Origin: Eledone cirrhosa
Lineage: Eukaryota
Assembly (NCBI GenBank): GCA_964016885.1
Contig: OZ024749.1
Location: 37,696,001-37,760,000 of the forward strand
DNA: 64,000 bases
Reading direction: 5' to 3'
Positions 43,671 to 58,546 of this stretch are shown here, piece after piece. A model generated the notes under the pieces. It ran no database searches, was not told the origin of the DNA, and saw nothing but the letters and a program-made list of their open reading frames with translations. Every line of letters starts with the position of its first letter. Positions within the stretch are counted from its first letter, which is position 1. Position numbers and translations under genes: made by a program.

Positions 43671-44299
43671 TCCGTTTCGTTCTTTGTATCTTTACCCTTT
43701 CTAGCAGTCTCTCTCTCTGTTAGCCTCTTCCTCACCCTTCACTCACTCATTCTCTGTCACTACCTCTCCTCCTCCTCTTTCTTCCCGTTTGACCTGTCCG
43801 TAATTCTTTTCTCGCGCGCTCTTGGCCAAGCTGGTATGAATTTTTTTTCTCTCTCTCTCTCTCGTCTGCGATTTCACAGAACTTATGCTTACCGAATTCG
43901 CAGACCAGACCCCTTCTTCCTCCCGTTAGACCTGTGCGAAATTCCTTCCTTGTCAAAATTTCAACCAGGTTTGATGGTCTTTATTCTCTCGTTCACGATT
44001 TCACCGAATTTATATTCATAGAAATCTGGGACTTGTCTCTTTCGTCATCACTTTCTGTTGCTTAAACCATTTTGTTTGTTTACCCTAGCGTCCCCTTTAT
44101 TTACGTGTCCCAACGACTTTTTTTAGCCGTTGCTCGCACCAACCTGAGGTGTATGGTCTTTAAAGCGATGAAATGCCTATGACGGTTGGAAGACCACTGA
44201 TGAAGGACAAACTTTTTCATATGTAACCCATTTGCAACGCCGCAGCTCCATTATTATCATATATATATATATATATACATACATACATATATATATATG

Positions 44300-44383
<84 letters not shown>

Positions 44384-44820
44384 GTGTATACAAAAACATC
44401 TTCATAGGTATCATCATGTTTCGTCCTTAAATTTTCCAAATTTAAGCATTCCTTCAAATTTTCCCGTTTCAATTCAAAATGGCGTCTTGATATAACGTTT
44501 CATTAATTTTCACCTTGCTACCTTTTCACTACTTCACATATATAACACACAACTACCACCACGATAACCACCACCTTGTCCACTAACTCTACCACCACTA
44601 ACACCACAACCACCATTACCATCACACGACTACTCCTGTTGGCCATTCTTAGTACACTATGTACCATCTTCAAAGACTTCGCCTATTTTTTCCTTCCTAA
44701 ACATTTTACTACTTTTTCGCCATTTTTTTTTCAATCTCCCCCCCCCCCCTCTCTGTTGGTGCTTTGCTTTCTTGCATTGATTGTCTGATTGTATAGTTCT
44801 GTGTCTTTCTTTCATGCGAA

Positions 44821-44898
<78 letters not shown>

Positions 44899-45045
44899 AT
44901 ATATATATATATATACATATATATTTGTATGTATATATATATACATATATAAATAGATATATATATGCATATATAAATACATATACATACGCACACACAC
45001 GCACACACACATATATACATGTGATTGTATGTTTATATCTATATC

Positions 45046-45076
<31 letters not shown>

Positions 45077-45184
45077 CATATATATATACACATACACAGA
45101 CATATACATATATATATAGATACACGTACGTGTGCGGTGGTTTATATAGTTGTATCTGTAAATATGCATATAAATACGCACACA

Positions 45185-45265
<81 letters not shown>

Positions 45266-45796
45266 CGATATGAATTCGACAACGCTATTCTTCTGTGCCA
45301 AAGAGTCAAGCAAAACGAGGCATAATACTGAGACATTGTGTGCGAGAATCAGGAAATGGTTTTCTGCTTACGCAAGAATACCTCCCATTGAGATGGTAAA
45401 TTAAGAGAACTGAAAAGCTATGCGCCCGTGGTCAGCCGGCAACAGTCCAAAGTCGAATACATTAGTACTTCGCATTGATATCCAAAATCCAATTATTGGT
45501 ATAATTCACATCCCGAAAAACGAAAAAGCTTGTGTGTAAAAATAAACGTTGCCATCATCTCTATCTATCCTTAGCCCCCTCCCCCCCCTCCCCATACCTT
45601 TCTTTTCTTCTTGCTTTCTTTTCCTTTCCTTTACTACTGTACTTTATTCTCTTTATATATGTATGTATGTACACACACACAAACACACACACACGCTCAA
45701 ACACACAAACATATATACATATATATATATATGTATGTTTGTTTCTAAATATATAAGTAGATTTTCATACTATATAAACACACCCACACACACACA

Positions 45797-45886
<90 letters not shown>

Positions 45887-45994
45887 GACATATGTATTAG
45901 AGACATATATATAATACATATATATATGTGTGTGCGTATATATGCATATAATATATATACATATAAATATATACATATATAACTGTTTCACCCG

Positions 45995-46028
<34 letters not shown>

Positions 46029-46164
46029 TCTCACTCTCTCTCTCTCTCTCTCTCTCACTGTCACTCACTGTCACTCTCAATCACTCTATCTATCTCTCTT
46101 TATATATATACTTATTCACTCTAATCGACAACATCATCTCTTTTATTGCTATCACACCTTTCAC

Positions 46165-46258
46165 CACCACTGAAACCACAACCACCACCACCAACACCAC
46201 CCCCACCCCCACCCCCACCCCCACCCCCACCACCACCACCGCCACCAGCACCACCAAC

Positions 46259-46289
<31 letters not shown>

Positions 46290-46460
46290 GCAACACCACC
46301 ACCACCACCACCACCAAAACCACCACCACCACCAAAACCACCACCACCACCAACACCACCACCACCACCAACACCACCACCACCAACAACAACAACAACA
46401 ACACCGCCACCACCACCAAAACCACCAACACCACCACCACCACCACCACCAACACCGCCA
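46165..46460. repeat. (CCA)n/(CAA)n array
   Basis: Seen directly. Confidence 0.9.
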
Positions 46461-46752
46461 TTATCATCTTTGACGGTGTTTTTATAGCTCTTCAATGATA
46501 CTTTGCAATAATACTTAACGACAAAACCTTTCACAATTATTGTTATTATTTATATTATCCTCACCATCATCATCATCATTATGATGACGATGATACTATT
46601 ACTACTACTATTATTAGTAGTAGTAGTAATAGTAACATCATCATCATCATCATCACCATTATCATTATCATCTTCATTATCATTATCTTTACTATTAGTG
46701 ACTTTATTATAATCCTTATCATCAGAAGTTGTAATATTAGTAGTAGTAGTAA

Positions 46753-46823
<71 letters not shown>

Positions 46824-46859
46824 ATTTGTGCAGTAGATCTACCATTGGAATTAATATCC

Positions 46860-47110
46860 AACAATCAACATGCAAGTAGCTGAACTTTCTATATACACGT
46901 GGACACTCTTAACGTAATTCTCGGGTAATTTCAGCGTGACAAATAGGGAGTACGGTTCCTTGTGTATTACAGGTACGAGGTATTTTATTCCCAGCTGATT
47001 TGACTGGAATAAGGTGAAATGAAATGATTTGCATCCCCAAGCAGAGAATCGAACACAGGCCGTCAAGATCTTGTGGTCAACAACCTAACCACAAAGCCAT
47101 TCGCCATCAC
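46860..47110 (-). mobile_element. tRNA-derived SINE, B-related long form
   Basis: Head TGGCTTTGTGGTTAG and B-box GTTCGATTC. Confidence 0.55.
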
Positions 47111-47244
47111 ATAACGAATATGACCTGTCTCTGACTATGAAATACAACCTGTGTATTAATAGCTATTATTTTGGTCATAGTATTTAGTCAATGATTTATG
47201 TATGTATGTATGGATTGATATATATATATATATATATATAAATA

Positions 47245-47435
47245 GGAACGAGTAGGACCCCGACGGCTGAGCTCAAGCCGTTTCGACGGCTAATTCTGGT
47301 CCAGAATTAGCCGTCGAAACGGCTTGAGCTCAGCCGTCGGTGTCCTATTCGTTCCTATTACCCACTCTACTACCCTAAGTATTGAGTACTTTGGTGCGTT
47401 ATGGTCCACCTGGTTCCTTACCACATTTCCTTCGT

Positions 47436-47468
<33 letters not shown>

Positions 47469-47621
47469 ATATATATATATAAGAGTGTGGTAATATACCA
47501 CGTGGACCATAAACGCACCAGAGTACTCCATACTTGGGGTAGTAGAGTGGGTAATATGACAAGTTTCCGTTCAGATCTTGCTGTCGAAACGGCCGGAGCT
47601 CAGTCGTCGGGGTCCTGAATC

Positions 47622-47625
<4 letters not shown>
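47245..47625. mobile_element. F1 islands 47245-47435 (+) and 47481-47625 (-, rearranged)
   Basis: Match 15656-15847. Confidence 0.8.
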
Positions 47626-47710
<85 letters not shown>

Positions 47711-47735
47711 CTATATATATTATTTTTATCGTTGT

Positions 47736-47903
47736 TAGGGCCTTTTTACGTTCAAATCCTGAGATCAAATCCCGCTGAGTATTTATTTGCCTTTCATCCT
47801 TCCGGGATCGATAAAATAATGTACCAGTAATGCATTGGTGTCGATTTAATCGATTTACCCTTTCTCCCATAATTGTTGGCCTTGTACCTAAATCAGAAAA
47901 CAT
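47736..47903 (+). mobile_element. Diverged SINE A
   Basis: TTTGCCTTTCATCCTT..GATCGATAAAATAA. Confidence 0.65.
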
Positions 47904-48211
47904 TATTGTTGTTGTTGTTATTGTGTTTATAGCTTTTCTTATTAACCCTTTACTACCTCATTTAGCAGTATTGTAAGTATGGAAGCTCGCTGGGATATTG
48001 TGTTGAAATATTTCCATTTGTTTTCAATTGTATTGTTTATGTTTTTCACTCTTCCATTATATTTATGTTTGTTTAAATTATAACGTTTCTGTTTTATAAA
48101 CCTTGTGGCAAATACATAAATAGCTCTTCTTCTTCTTCTTCTTCTTCTTCTTCTTCTTCTTCTTCTTCTTCTTTGCCTTCTTCTTATGTTACTACTACAA
48201 CAACAACAACA

Positions 48212-48286
<75 letters not shown>

Positions 48287-48554
48287 GCTACCACTACTAC
48301 TATTTAGTCATTCATTTACATATATCCAAATATCCTAGCATGTAATTACATTATTGCAGAACAACATCAACAACAACAACATCATAACAACACCACTGTC
48401 AGTAAGAACAACAGTAACAACAGCAGTATTTAGAAGAAAGAGATGATGATGGTGATGATGGCGGTGGTGATGATGGTGATGGTGGTGATGACGGTGGTGG
48501 TGGTGGTGGTGGTGGTGGTGATGACGGTGGTGGTGGTAGTGATGATGTTGGTGG

Positions 48555-48586
<32 letters not shown>

Positions 48587-49527
48587 GCGACGACGACGAC
48601 GACGTCGAAGAAGAAGAAGAAGAAGAAGAAGAAGAAGAAGAAGAAGAAGAAGAAGAAAAGGAACAACAACAACAACAACAACAACAACGACAAAAACAAC
48701 AACGACAAAAACAACAACGACAAAAACAACAACAACGACAAAAACATACACCTGAATGACAGGGAAGATCGAAAAGAGTAGAGAAAGAAAGCAAGAAAGA
48801 AGGAAAGAAAGAAAGAACTGGAAGAAAGAAAGAACTGGAAGAGAGAATGAAAGGAGTGGAGAAACAAGAACGAGAAGAGAAAGAAAGGAATAAAAAAGAA
48901 AGAAGGAAAAAACAAAGAATGCAAAAAAAAAAAAAGAAAATGAAAGTCAGAAAGGAGAAAAATATATGAAAAAATGCTGATATTTATTAATATCGCCATA
49001 TTTTTTCTGGTGGATTATGTAGATAGACTGAGAGAGAGGAGGTGAAACACACAGTGATAGAGAGAGAGATATATATAGTAAGACAGAGAGAGGGAGTGTG
49101 TGAGAGAGAGGGGGGAGTAGAGAGAGAGGAAGTATGTGAGAGAGAGGGAGTGTGTGTGAGAGAGAGGGAGTGTATGATAGAGAGGGAGTGTGTGAGAGAG
49201 AAGGGGGGAGTAGAGAGAGAAAGAAAGGGAGAGTAGGAGAGGGTGATATAGAGAAAGAAATAGAGGGAGAGTAAGATAGGGTTAGATATAAGAAGAATGG
49301 GAGGGAAAGTAAGAGCGGCTGAAATAGAGAGAGAGTGAGAGATGTGAGATGAGAGAGAGATGGAAGAGAGAGTGAGAGATGCGAGATGAGAGAGAAGGAG
49401 AGAGAAAGATAGAGATGCAAGACAGAGGGAGAGAGGGAGAGAGAGAGAGATGTTTATTTCTCCCTAAAACACGTAAGTTTCCTGCAGTGTTGTAAGGAAA
49501 TGTTTACTGTAACATGGTTAAAACATG

Positions 49528-50645
49528 ATGGTGTTAGTAGTGGTGGTGTTAGTAGTGGTGTTAGTGGTGGTGGTGTTAGTAGTGGTGGTGTTAGTAGTAG
49601 TGGTGTTAGTAGTGGTGGTGTTAGTAGTGGTGGTGTTAATAGTAGTGGTGTTAGTAGTGGTGGTGTTAGTAGTGGTGGTGTTAATAGTGGTGTTAGTAGT
49701 GGTGGTGTTAGTAGTGGTGGTGTTAGTAGTGGTGGTGTTAGTAGTAGTGGTGTTAGTAGCGGTGGTGTTAATAGTGGTGTTAGTAGTGGTGGTGTTAGTA
49801 GTGGTGGTGTTAGTAGTGGTGGTGTTAGTAGTGGTGGTGTTAATAGTGGTGTTAGTAGTGGTGGTGTTAGTAGTGGTGGTGTTAGTAGTGGTGGTGTTAA
49901 TAGTGGTGTTAGTAGTGGTGGTGTTAGTAGTGGTGGTGTTAGTAGTGGTGGTGTTAGTAGTAGTGGTGTTAGTAGTGGTGGTGTTAGTAGTAGTGGTGTT
50001 AGTAGTGGTGGTGTTAGTAGGGGTGGTGTTAGTAGTGGTGGTGTTAGTAGTGGTGTTAGTAGTGGTGGTGTTAGTAGGGGTGGTGTTAGTAGTGGTGGTG
50101 TTAGTAGTGGTGGTGTTAATAGTAGTGGTGTTAGTAGTGGTGGTGTTAATAGTGGTGTTAGTAGTGGTGGTATTAGTAGTGGTGGTGTTAGTAGTGGTGG
50201 AGTGGTGGTGTTAGTAGTGGTGGTGTTAGTAGTGGTGGTGTTAGTAGTACTGGTGTTAGTAGTGGTGGTGTTAGTAGTGGTGGTGTTAGTAGTGGTGCTG
50301 TTAGTAGTGGTGGTGTTAGTAGTAGTGGTGTTAGTAGTAGTGGTGTTAGTAGTAGTGGTGTTAGTAGTGGTGGTGTTAGTAGTGGTGGTGTTAGTAGTAG
50401 TGGTGTAAGTAGTGGTGGTGTTAGTAGTGGTGGTGTTAGTAGTAGTGTTGTTAGTAGTAGTGGTGTTAGTAGTGGTTGTGTTAGTAGTGGTCGTGTTAGT
50501 AGTAGTGGTGTTAATAGTGGTGGTGTTAGTAGTAGTGGTGTTAGTAGTAGTGTTGGTGGTAGTAGTAGTGGTGTTAGTAGTAGTGGTAGTAGTAGTGGTA
50601 GTAGTAGTGGTAGTAGTACTGGTGTTAGTAGTAGTGGTAATAGTA
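49528..50645. repeat. 15/12-bp minisatellite (GGTGTTAGTAGTGGT)n
   Basis: Seen directly. Confidence 0.95.
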
Positions 50646-51885
50646 GTGGTGGATGTAGTTGTAGATGTGGTAGTGTTGGTAGTGGATGTGGTTGTAGATG
50701 TGGTAGTGTTGGTGGTGAATGTGGTTGTAGATGTGGTAGTGTTGGTGGTGGATGTGGTTGTAGATGTGGTAGTGTTGGTGGTGAATGTGGTTGTAGATGT
50801 GGTAGTGTTGGTGGTGGATGTTGTTGTAGATGTGATAGTGTTGGTGGTGGATGTGGTTGTAGATGTGGTAGTGTTGGTGGTGGATGTGGTTGTAGATGTG
50901 GTAGTGTTGGTGGTGGATGTGGTTGTAGATGTGGTAGTGTTGGTGGTGAATGTGGTTGTAGATGTGGTAGTGTTGGTGGTGGATGTTGTTGTAGATGTGG
51001 TAGTGTTGGTGGTGGATGTGGTTGTAGATGTGGTAGTGTTGGTGGTGGATGTGGTTGTAGATGTGGTAGTGTTGGTGGTGGATGTGGTTGTAGATGTGGT
51101 AGTGTTGGTGGTAGATGTGGTTGTAGATGTGGTAGTGTTGGTGGTGGATGTGGTTGTAGATGTGGTAGTGTTGGTGGTGGATGTTGTTGTAGATGTTGTA
51201 GTGTTGGTGGTGAATGTTGTTGTAGATGTGGTAGTGTTGGTGGTGGATGTGGTTGTAGATGTGGTAGTGTTGGTAGTGGATGTAGTTGTAGATGTGGTAG
51301 TGTTGGTGGTGGATGTGGTTGTAGATGTGGTAGTGTTGGTGGTGGATGTGGTTGTAGATGTGGTAGTGTTGGTGGCGGATGTGGTTGTAGATGTGGTAGT
51401 GTTGGTGGTAGATGTGGTTGTAGATGTGGTAGTGTTGGTGGTGGATGTGATTGTAGGTGTGGTAGTGTTGGTGGTGGATGTGGTTGTAGATGTGGTAGTG
51501 TTGGTGGTGGATGTAGTTGTAGATGTGGTAGTGTTGGTGGTGGATGTGGTTGTAGATGTGGTAGTGTTGGTGGTGGATGTAGTTGTAGATGTGGTAGTGT
51601 TGGTGGTGGATGTGATTGTAGATGTGGTAGTGTTGGTGGTGAATGTGGTTGTAGATGTGGTAGTGTTGGTGGTGGAACGTGGTTGTAGATGTGGTAGTGT
51701 TGGTGGTGAATGTCGTTGTAGATGTGGTAGTGTTGGTGGTGGATGTGGTTGTACATGTGGTAGTGTTGGTGGTGGATGTGATTGTAGATGTGGTAGTGTT
51801 GGTGGTGAATGTGGTTGTAGATGTGGTAGTGTTGGTGGTGGATGTGGTTGTAGATGTGGTAGTGTTGGTGGTGAATGTGATGGTG
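50646..51885. repeat. 33-bp minisatellite (GATGTGGTTGTAGATGTGGTAGTGTTGGTGGTG)n, ~37 units
   Basis: Seen directly. Confidence 0.95.
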
Positions 51886-52054
51886 GTTTTTCTGGTAGAT
51901 ACTGTGGTTAGATGTCGTAGTGATTGTGGGTGACGTTGATGGTTGTTAGCGTTCAGTCTCAGGTCAATCGTGGTTCGTGTAGTTACAACATTAAAGACGT
52001 TCCAGCCGTGGTCATCCATCTAATCTTTCAAGATATTTCTTAAACTTTAATAAA

Positions 52055-52424
52055 TAATTGTTTCTACTTTTGGCACAAGGCCAGCAATTAACCAGTAAAT
52101 TACTGGTACTTTATTTTATCGGCCCCATAAGGATGAAAGGCAAAGTTAACCTCACGGGATTTTAACACAGTCCGTAATGGGACGTAACTCTGTGCCGCAA
52201 AGCATTTCGTTCGACCCTCTACGATACTGCCAATAATTGTTTCTACTTTTGGCACAAGGCCAGCAAATTAACCAGTACATTACTGGTACTTTATTTTAAC
52301 GACCCCGTAAGGATGAAAGGCAAAGTTAATCTCGGCGGGATTTGAACTCAGAATGGAAAGGGCCGTAACTCTATGCGTCAAAGCATGGCATCCGACCCTC
52401 TAACGATACTGCCAATCCACCGCC
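52055..52424 (-). mobile_element. Two tandem SINE A copies
   Basis: Match the consensus. Confidence 0.85.
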
Positions 52425-52699
52425 AATCCAAATAATATCGCCATTTTCTTTCTCTTATTCGTGAACAAGAAGGAAGTACTATGACAGAATTCCGAAGAAA
52501 TAGAAATTTAAAAAAAAAACATTAGAATTATGTGAAGACTAATGAAGGAAAAACACTTTGTAGCTGTTACTTTTGTAGTTGCTGATATAGTTGTTATTTT
52601 TGTTGTAATCGTGGTTGTAGTTGGTGTTACGGCTGTTGTCATTGTTTCTGTTACTGATGTTGTCATTGGCGAAGATGTTGCTGTAGTTTTTGCTGTATC

Positions 52700-53544
52700 T
52701 TTACTGCTGTTGTTGTGGTTACTATTGTTGTCAGTGTTACTGTTGTTGTATTTGCTGTTGTTGTGGTTGCTGTTGTTGTGGTTGCTGTTGTTGTGCTTGT
52801 TGATGTTGAATTTGTAGTTGCTGTTGTTGTATTTGCTGTTGTTGTGGTTGTTGTTGTTGTGCTTGTTGCTGTTGAATTTGTAGTTGCTATTGTTGTATTT
52901 GCTGTTGTTGTGGTTGCTGTTGTTGTGCTTGTTGATGTTGAATTTGTAGTTGATGTTGTTGTATTTGCTGTTGTTGTGGTTGCTGTTGTTGTGCTTGTTG
53001 ATGTTGAATTTGTAGTTGCTGTTGTTGTATTTGCTGTTGTTGTGGTTGCTGTTGAACTTTTTGTTGCTGTTGTTGTGGTTGTTGCTGTTGTCGGTGCTGA
53101 TGTTGAATTTGTAGTTGATGTTGTTGTGGTTGCTGTTGTTGTTGATGTTGTTGCAGTTGTGGTTGCTGTTGTTGTGATTGTTGTTGTTGTCGGTACTGCT
53201 GTTGTTGAACTTGTAGTTGCTATTGTTGTAATTGCTGCTGTTGTTGATGTTGTTGCTGCTGTTGCTATTGTTGTTGGTGTTATATTTGTTGTTGCAGCTG
53301 TAGTTGTTGTTGCTGTTGTATTTATAGTTGCCGTTGTTGTTGTTGTTGTTGTTGTTGTTGTTACTGCTGCGGTTTTATTTGCAGTTGCTGTTGCTGTTGC
53401 TGTTGTTGTTGTTGTTGTTAGTATTCTTGTTGATGTTATATTTGTTGTTGCTTTTGTATTTGTAGTTACTGTTGTTGGTGGCGGTGGTTTTATATTTGTA
53501 GTTGCTGTTGTTGTTGGTGGTGGTGTTGTTGCTATTGTTGTTGC

Positions 53545-53590
<46 letters not shown>

Positions 53591-53726
53591 ATTGTTGTTG
53601 TTGTTGTTGTTGTTGTTGTTTCTGCTGCTGCTGTTGTTGGTGTTGTTGATGTTGCATTTGTAGTTGCTGTTGTTGGTGTTGTAGTTGCAGTTGTTGTTGT
53701 TGGTTATTGTTGTAGAGGTTGTTGTT
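52700..53726. repeat. GTT-derived array including a 66-bp higher-order unit
   Basis: GTTGAATTTGTAGTTG recurs every 66 bp from ~52805 to 53010. Confidence 0.85.
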
Positions 53727-54059
53727 AGAAGTAAGATGGCGGAGAAAATATCCATTAGGCAACACTAGGGGGCAATAAGAAGCAATGAAAAGCAATCTTC
53801 TGGCGTCCTCTCCGCAAACTAATGCATATGTAAATGTGTTTATCTAACTATGTCTAACTAACCAGTTCTACTGGGTATGGCCATATATATATATATATAT
53901 ATTTGTGTGTATGTATATAAATGCATATATATATAAGTGGGAATGTGTGTGCATACACATTCACACACACACATATATATGTATATATACACCTGCATAT
54001 ATATATATACAAACATATTTATACGTATATAAATATGCAAATATGTATGTATGCTTATG

Positions 54060-54091
<32 letters not shown>

Positions 54092-54268
54092 CGTGTGTGT
54101 GTGTGTGTTTGTGTGTGTATGATTGTATATATATACATAAATATATATATATATATATTTATATATTGGGAATTATTTCTGAAATCCTGGAACGTTGAGG
54201 AAAGATCTAGAAATCAAATCAAGTAATAGAAAATAGGTAAACGTACACACATACACACACACACACAC

Positions 54269-54373
<105 letters not shown>

Positions 54374-55163
54374 TTTGTGTTTGTGTATGTTTGTGTATGT
54401 TTGTGTATGTTTGTGTGTGTGTGTACAGATATCAAGACGAGAAAACTATTAAAACAGAAAAAGAACACAATCATTCAAGCTACATTTGTTGTCTCCTATG
54501 CAGAAGAACGATCACGTGAAGAAACTCTTCCTAGATAAGTCTTATCCAAAGGTTTTCTTCCGTGATACTGAGCAGTCTAATATATTGTAACCATATATTG
54601 GTTCCCTTCAAGATGTCTCGTACTCGTACAACTTTCAGGCATTTGAAAACTGGCCCCAGAACAACGTGAAGAATATATTTTCCTACTAAAACAAAGAGCG
54701 CCATACTAAAGATTCCTATATATGTTACCAGAAGAAAATTCTAGCGAAGAATCTTCCTTTCGTTACCTCATTTCTAATAACATCTACTTCATTTCAATCA
54801 ATTAATGAAGAATTTTGAGGGATTTACTAATTATTAATTATTTCAAATGCAAACTTTTTGTCTGGTTTTCACTATTCTGATGCCACTAAAACTACACATT
54901 TGTTTGTCTCAATTCCCTTTAGATTTGTCCCATATTTTTACCTGATGGATATTGTTTTACCTTCATTAAGAAACTTTTCCCCATGTCCACCTCTTTCAGT
55001 TTCTCGTTTGTCTCTAACTATTATTATTCTAATATCTGTTTCACACACCCACTTGCATTCTTCACGCCCATCTTTATATGGTTCCATTCAACTTTCTATT
55101 GTACTTCACAGCAACACATGCATATATGCCCACCACCCTATACACACTATATATATATTCATA

Positions 55164-56021
55164 CGAGCTTTGTCCCCAAAAGTAAGCGTGCTGGTGTTTT
55201 ATATTAATGTATATTAGACGTACATGAAATACAAATTATCTCCGTCAAAATACGACTCTTTGGAAGTTACAGTAGTTACAACTTTTTTTCCATTGATCGA
55301 AGCAGTACCGAAAGTCCTTAGCTCGTCGGTTACGATTTGTATTTTTTCCACCGTCCCAAAATACTGGCCCATGTTAGGGAAAAGATAGAAATCACACGGA
55401 GCTAGATCTGGGCTGTAGGGAGGATGTGAAAGAGTGGGAATACTTTTCTTCGCCAGAAATTTTCTAATTGAAAGTCTGGTGTTTGGGCACTAGTTTTGCA
55501 CAATTTTTTCCCATGTGAAAAATGGTCTGTTAAAATCGTGTGAACTGCATTTTTATCCAAGCGCGTTTCTTTTACAATCATCCTAATACTTAATCGGCGA
55601 TCTTTGCTCATCACCACTTACACCATTTCCACATATTTTTTCATTTATTTGTTGACGAGATTTTCCTACCAAAACGAGATTCATTTTCAAAATTTACTTG
55701 GGCCTCTTTCAAATACCTTACTTCTTGATAGAGTGACTTTCCATAAGCTTGTGTTAAAGAGTAAAATATTTCGGTTTTAGATTTGTTTAATCTCACACAA
55801 AGTTTGATCGCCTGCCTTTTCCTGCATCACAAATTTAACAGAAGTTACAAACACGCCTGTACATAAACAGCAATAAATCAAGACTGACTCAATCGATCAT
55901 GTTGTAACAAGTATATACGTGCAACTATGGTCATATGCAATACGATTAAATACATGACCTAGGTGCTGCATTACCATTTCTTTCATTGAAAATCAGTACC
56001 CTTACTTTGGGGACAATCCTC

Positions 56022-56022
<1 letters not shown>
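55164..56022 (-). mobile_element. Internally deleted mariner transposon, ~860 bp, TA target duplication
   Basis: TIRs CGAGCTTTGTCCCCAAAAGTAAGCGTGCTG / CAGTACCCTTACTTTGGGGACAATCCTCA, each flanked by TA. Confidence 0.9.
55230..55827 (-). pseudogene. Mariner transposase remnant (frameshifted, central deletion)
   Basis: Fragments AIKLCVRLNKSKTE..QAYG, DRRLSIRMI, HPPYSPDLAPCDFYLFP and YFDGD. Confidence 0.9.
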
Positions 56023-56079
<57 letters not shown>

Positions 56080-56104
56080 GCATACATATGTATATATACA
56101 CACA

Positions 56105-56165
<61 letters not shown>

Positions 56166-56166
56166 C

Positions 56167-56211
<45 letters not shown>

Positions 56212-56625
56212 CATACATACATACACATATATATATACACACAAACACCCCGGCACCACGCACACACAAACACACAAACACACACACCAACACACCAACA
56301 CACACACACACAACTCACGTACATTAACAGGCAGGAACTTTATTCTGAATTCATGTAGAAAATCTAACTTTAATAATATTCAACACATCCCTGCATAATT
56401 TCATGTGGAAGGCTATCAAGTAATTTGTGCATTTAATTCAATTCCGTTGAAACATGACAGCTGTTAAACAGATATTTCAACATAAATTACATTGGCCTTA
56501 CATCACAACCCGACATCCAAAGACGTGTGTAATAGTTTACAACACAACAACATATTGCTTTGCTTTCTCTTTTTCTGTATATGTGTATATATGGTTGAAG
56601 TGTATATATGTGTATATATGTCTGT

Positions 56626-56870
56626 GGCTGTAGTGTATATATGTATATGGCTGTAGTGTATATATGTATATGGCTGTAGTGTATATATGTATATGGCTGT
56701 AGTGTATATATGTATATGGCTGTAGTGCACATATGTATATGGCTGTAGTGTATATATGTATATGGCTGTAGTGTATATATGTATATGGCTGTAGTGTATA
56801 TATGTATATGGCTGTAGTGTATATATGTATATGGCTGTAGTGTATATATGTATATGGCTGTTGTGTATAT
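56626..56870. repeat. 23-bp minisatellite (GGCTGTAGTGTATATATGTATAT)n, decaying to ~57430
   Basis: Seen directly. Confidence 0.9.
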
Positions 56871-57197
56871 GTCTGTAGTGTATATGTCTATATGTGTATA
56901 AGGCTGTTGTGTATATATGTATATGTCTGTACTGTATATATATATGTCTGTAGTGTATATATGTATATGGCTGTTGTGTATATGTCTGTAGTGTATATGT
57001 CTATATGTGTATATGGCTGTTGTGTATATACGTATATGTCTGTACTGTATATATATATATATATATGTCTGTAGTGTATATGGCTGTTATGTATATATGT
57101 ATATGTGTATATGGCTGTTATGTATATGTGTATATGTCTGTTGTGTATATATATATATATGTCTATTGTGTATATATGTATATGTGTATATATCTGT

Positions 57198-57228
<31 letters not shown>

Positions 57229-57513
57229 GTCTATTGTGTAGTTATGTATATGTGTATATATCTGTTATATATATATGTGTCTGTTGTGTAGTTATGTATA
57301 TGTGTATATGTCTGTTGTATATATATATATATGTCTATTGTGTAGTTATGTATATGTGTATATATCTGTTATATATATATATATATGTGTCTATTGTGTA
57401 GTTATGTATATGTGTATATATCTGTTATATATATATATGTGTCTGCGTTATTTGTGTTGTTGACAGTGTTTTTTACTATTTTCCGGGGTTGTTTTTATAT
57501 TTGTTTAGGTGAG

Positions 57514-57583
<70 letters not shown>

Positions 57584-57722
57584 GCTTATGAAAATGTATT
57601 TCTTGTTTCAGTTGTTGTTTTTAACTGGTTCTACAGTTGTTTATGCTCTTGTATTTAACAGTTCTGTTTGTTGCTGTAGTTGTTGTTTTTGTTGTTATCG
57701 TGTACATAACTGTTTATTTGTT

Positions 57723-57770
<48 letters not shown>

Positions 57771-58208
57771 GCCGTTATTTTTGTTGATAATGTTTTTGTT
57801 ATAGTTGTTGCTGTTTTGTTAGTGCGAGTACGTGTGTGTGTGTGTGTGTGTAGATTGCTGAGAGTGTGTAAGTGTGTGTAGATTGGTGAGTGTGTAAGTG
57901 TGTGTAGATTGGTGAGTGTGTGGGTTATTTGCTGTTGGTTTATAACTGCGTATATCAAGTTACTTTGTGTATAATTCCACAGTTTACTTCTATTACCCCA
58001 GTTGTTACTATCCCAATATACATACATATACGTACATACACATACACACACATACTCACATATACATAAACACACATATATATATACATATATATATATA
58101 TATTTATACATATATATATATATATATATATAATTGGTGTTGGATGTTTAAAGTGTCCGTATGCGGTAAGCCGTTTCAGCACTCAATGCTCTCATAGAGC
58201 AGAGTATG

Positions 58209-58546
58209 ATATCACAGAAAAAAAGAGAATCACTGTTGTGACGAATGGAATTTATTGAACATATTACAATCGTTTCTCTGGCGACCAGCTCGAGGCACGA
58301 TTGATGCGATGATTGAACCTGTCTCTGAACATCGCAAGATCCTCAGATAAGTCTTGATTCTACGAGGCACATTTACAGGAAAATCTGCTTCGTAGAATCA
58401 AGACGTAACTGAGGATGTAGAGATTTTCAGAGTCAGGTTCGATCATCATATCGATCGTGCCTCGAGCTGGTCGCCAGAGAAACGATTGTAATATGTTCAA
58501 TAAATTCCATTCATCGCAACACTGATTCTCTTTTTTTCTCTGATTG

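Noticed and set aside
52715-53728. Mucin-like Thr-rich or Val-rich ORF
   Set aside because: Explained by GTT-repeat expansion; no splice or signal peptide support.
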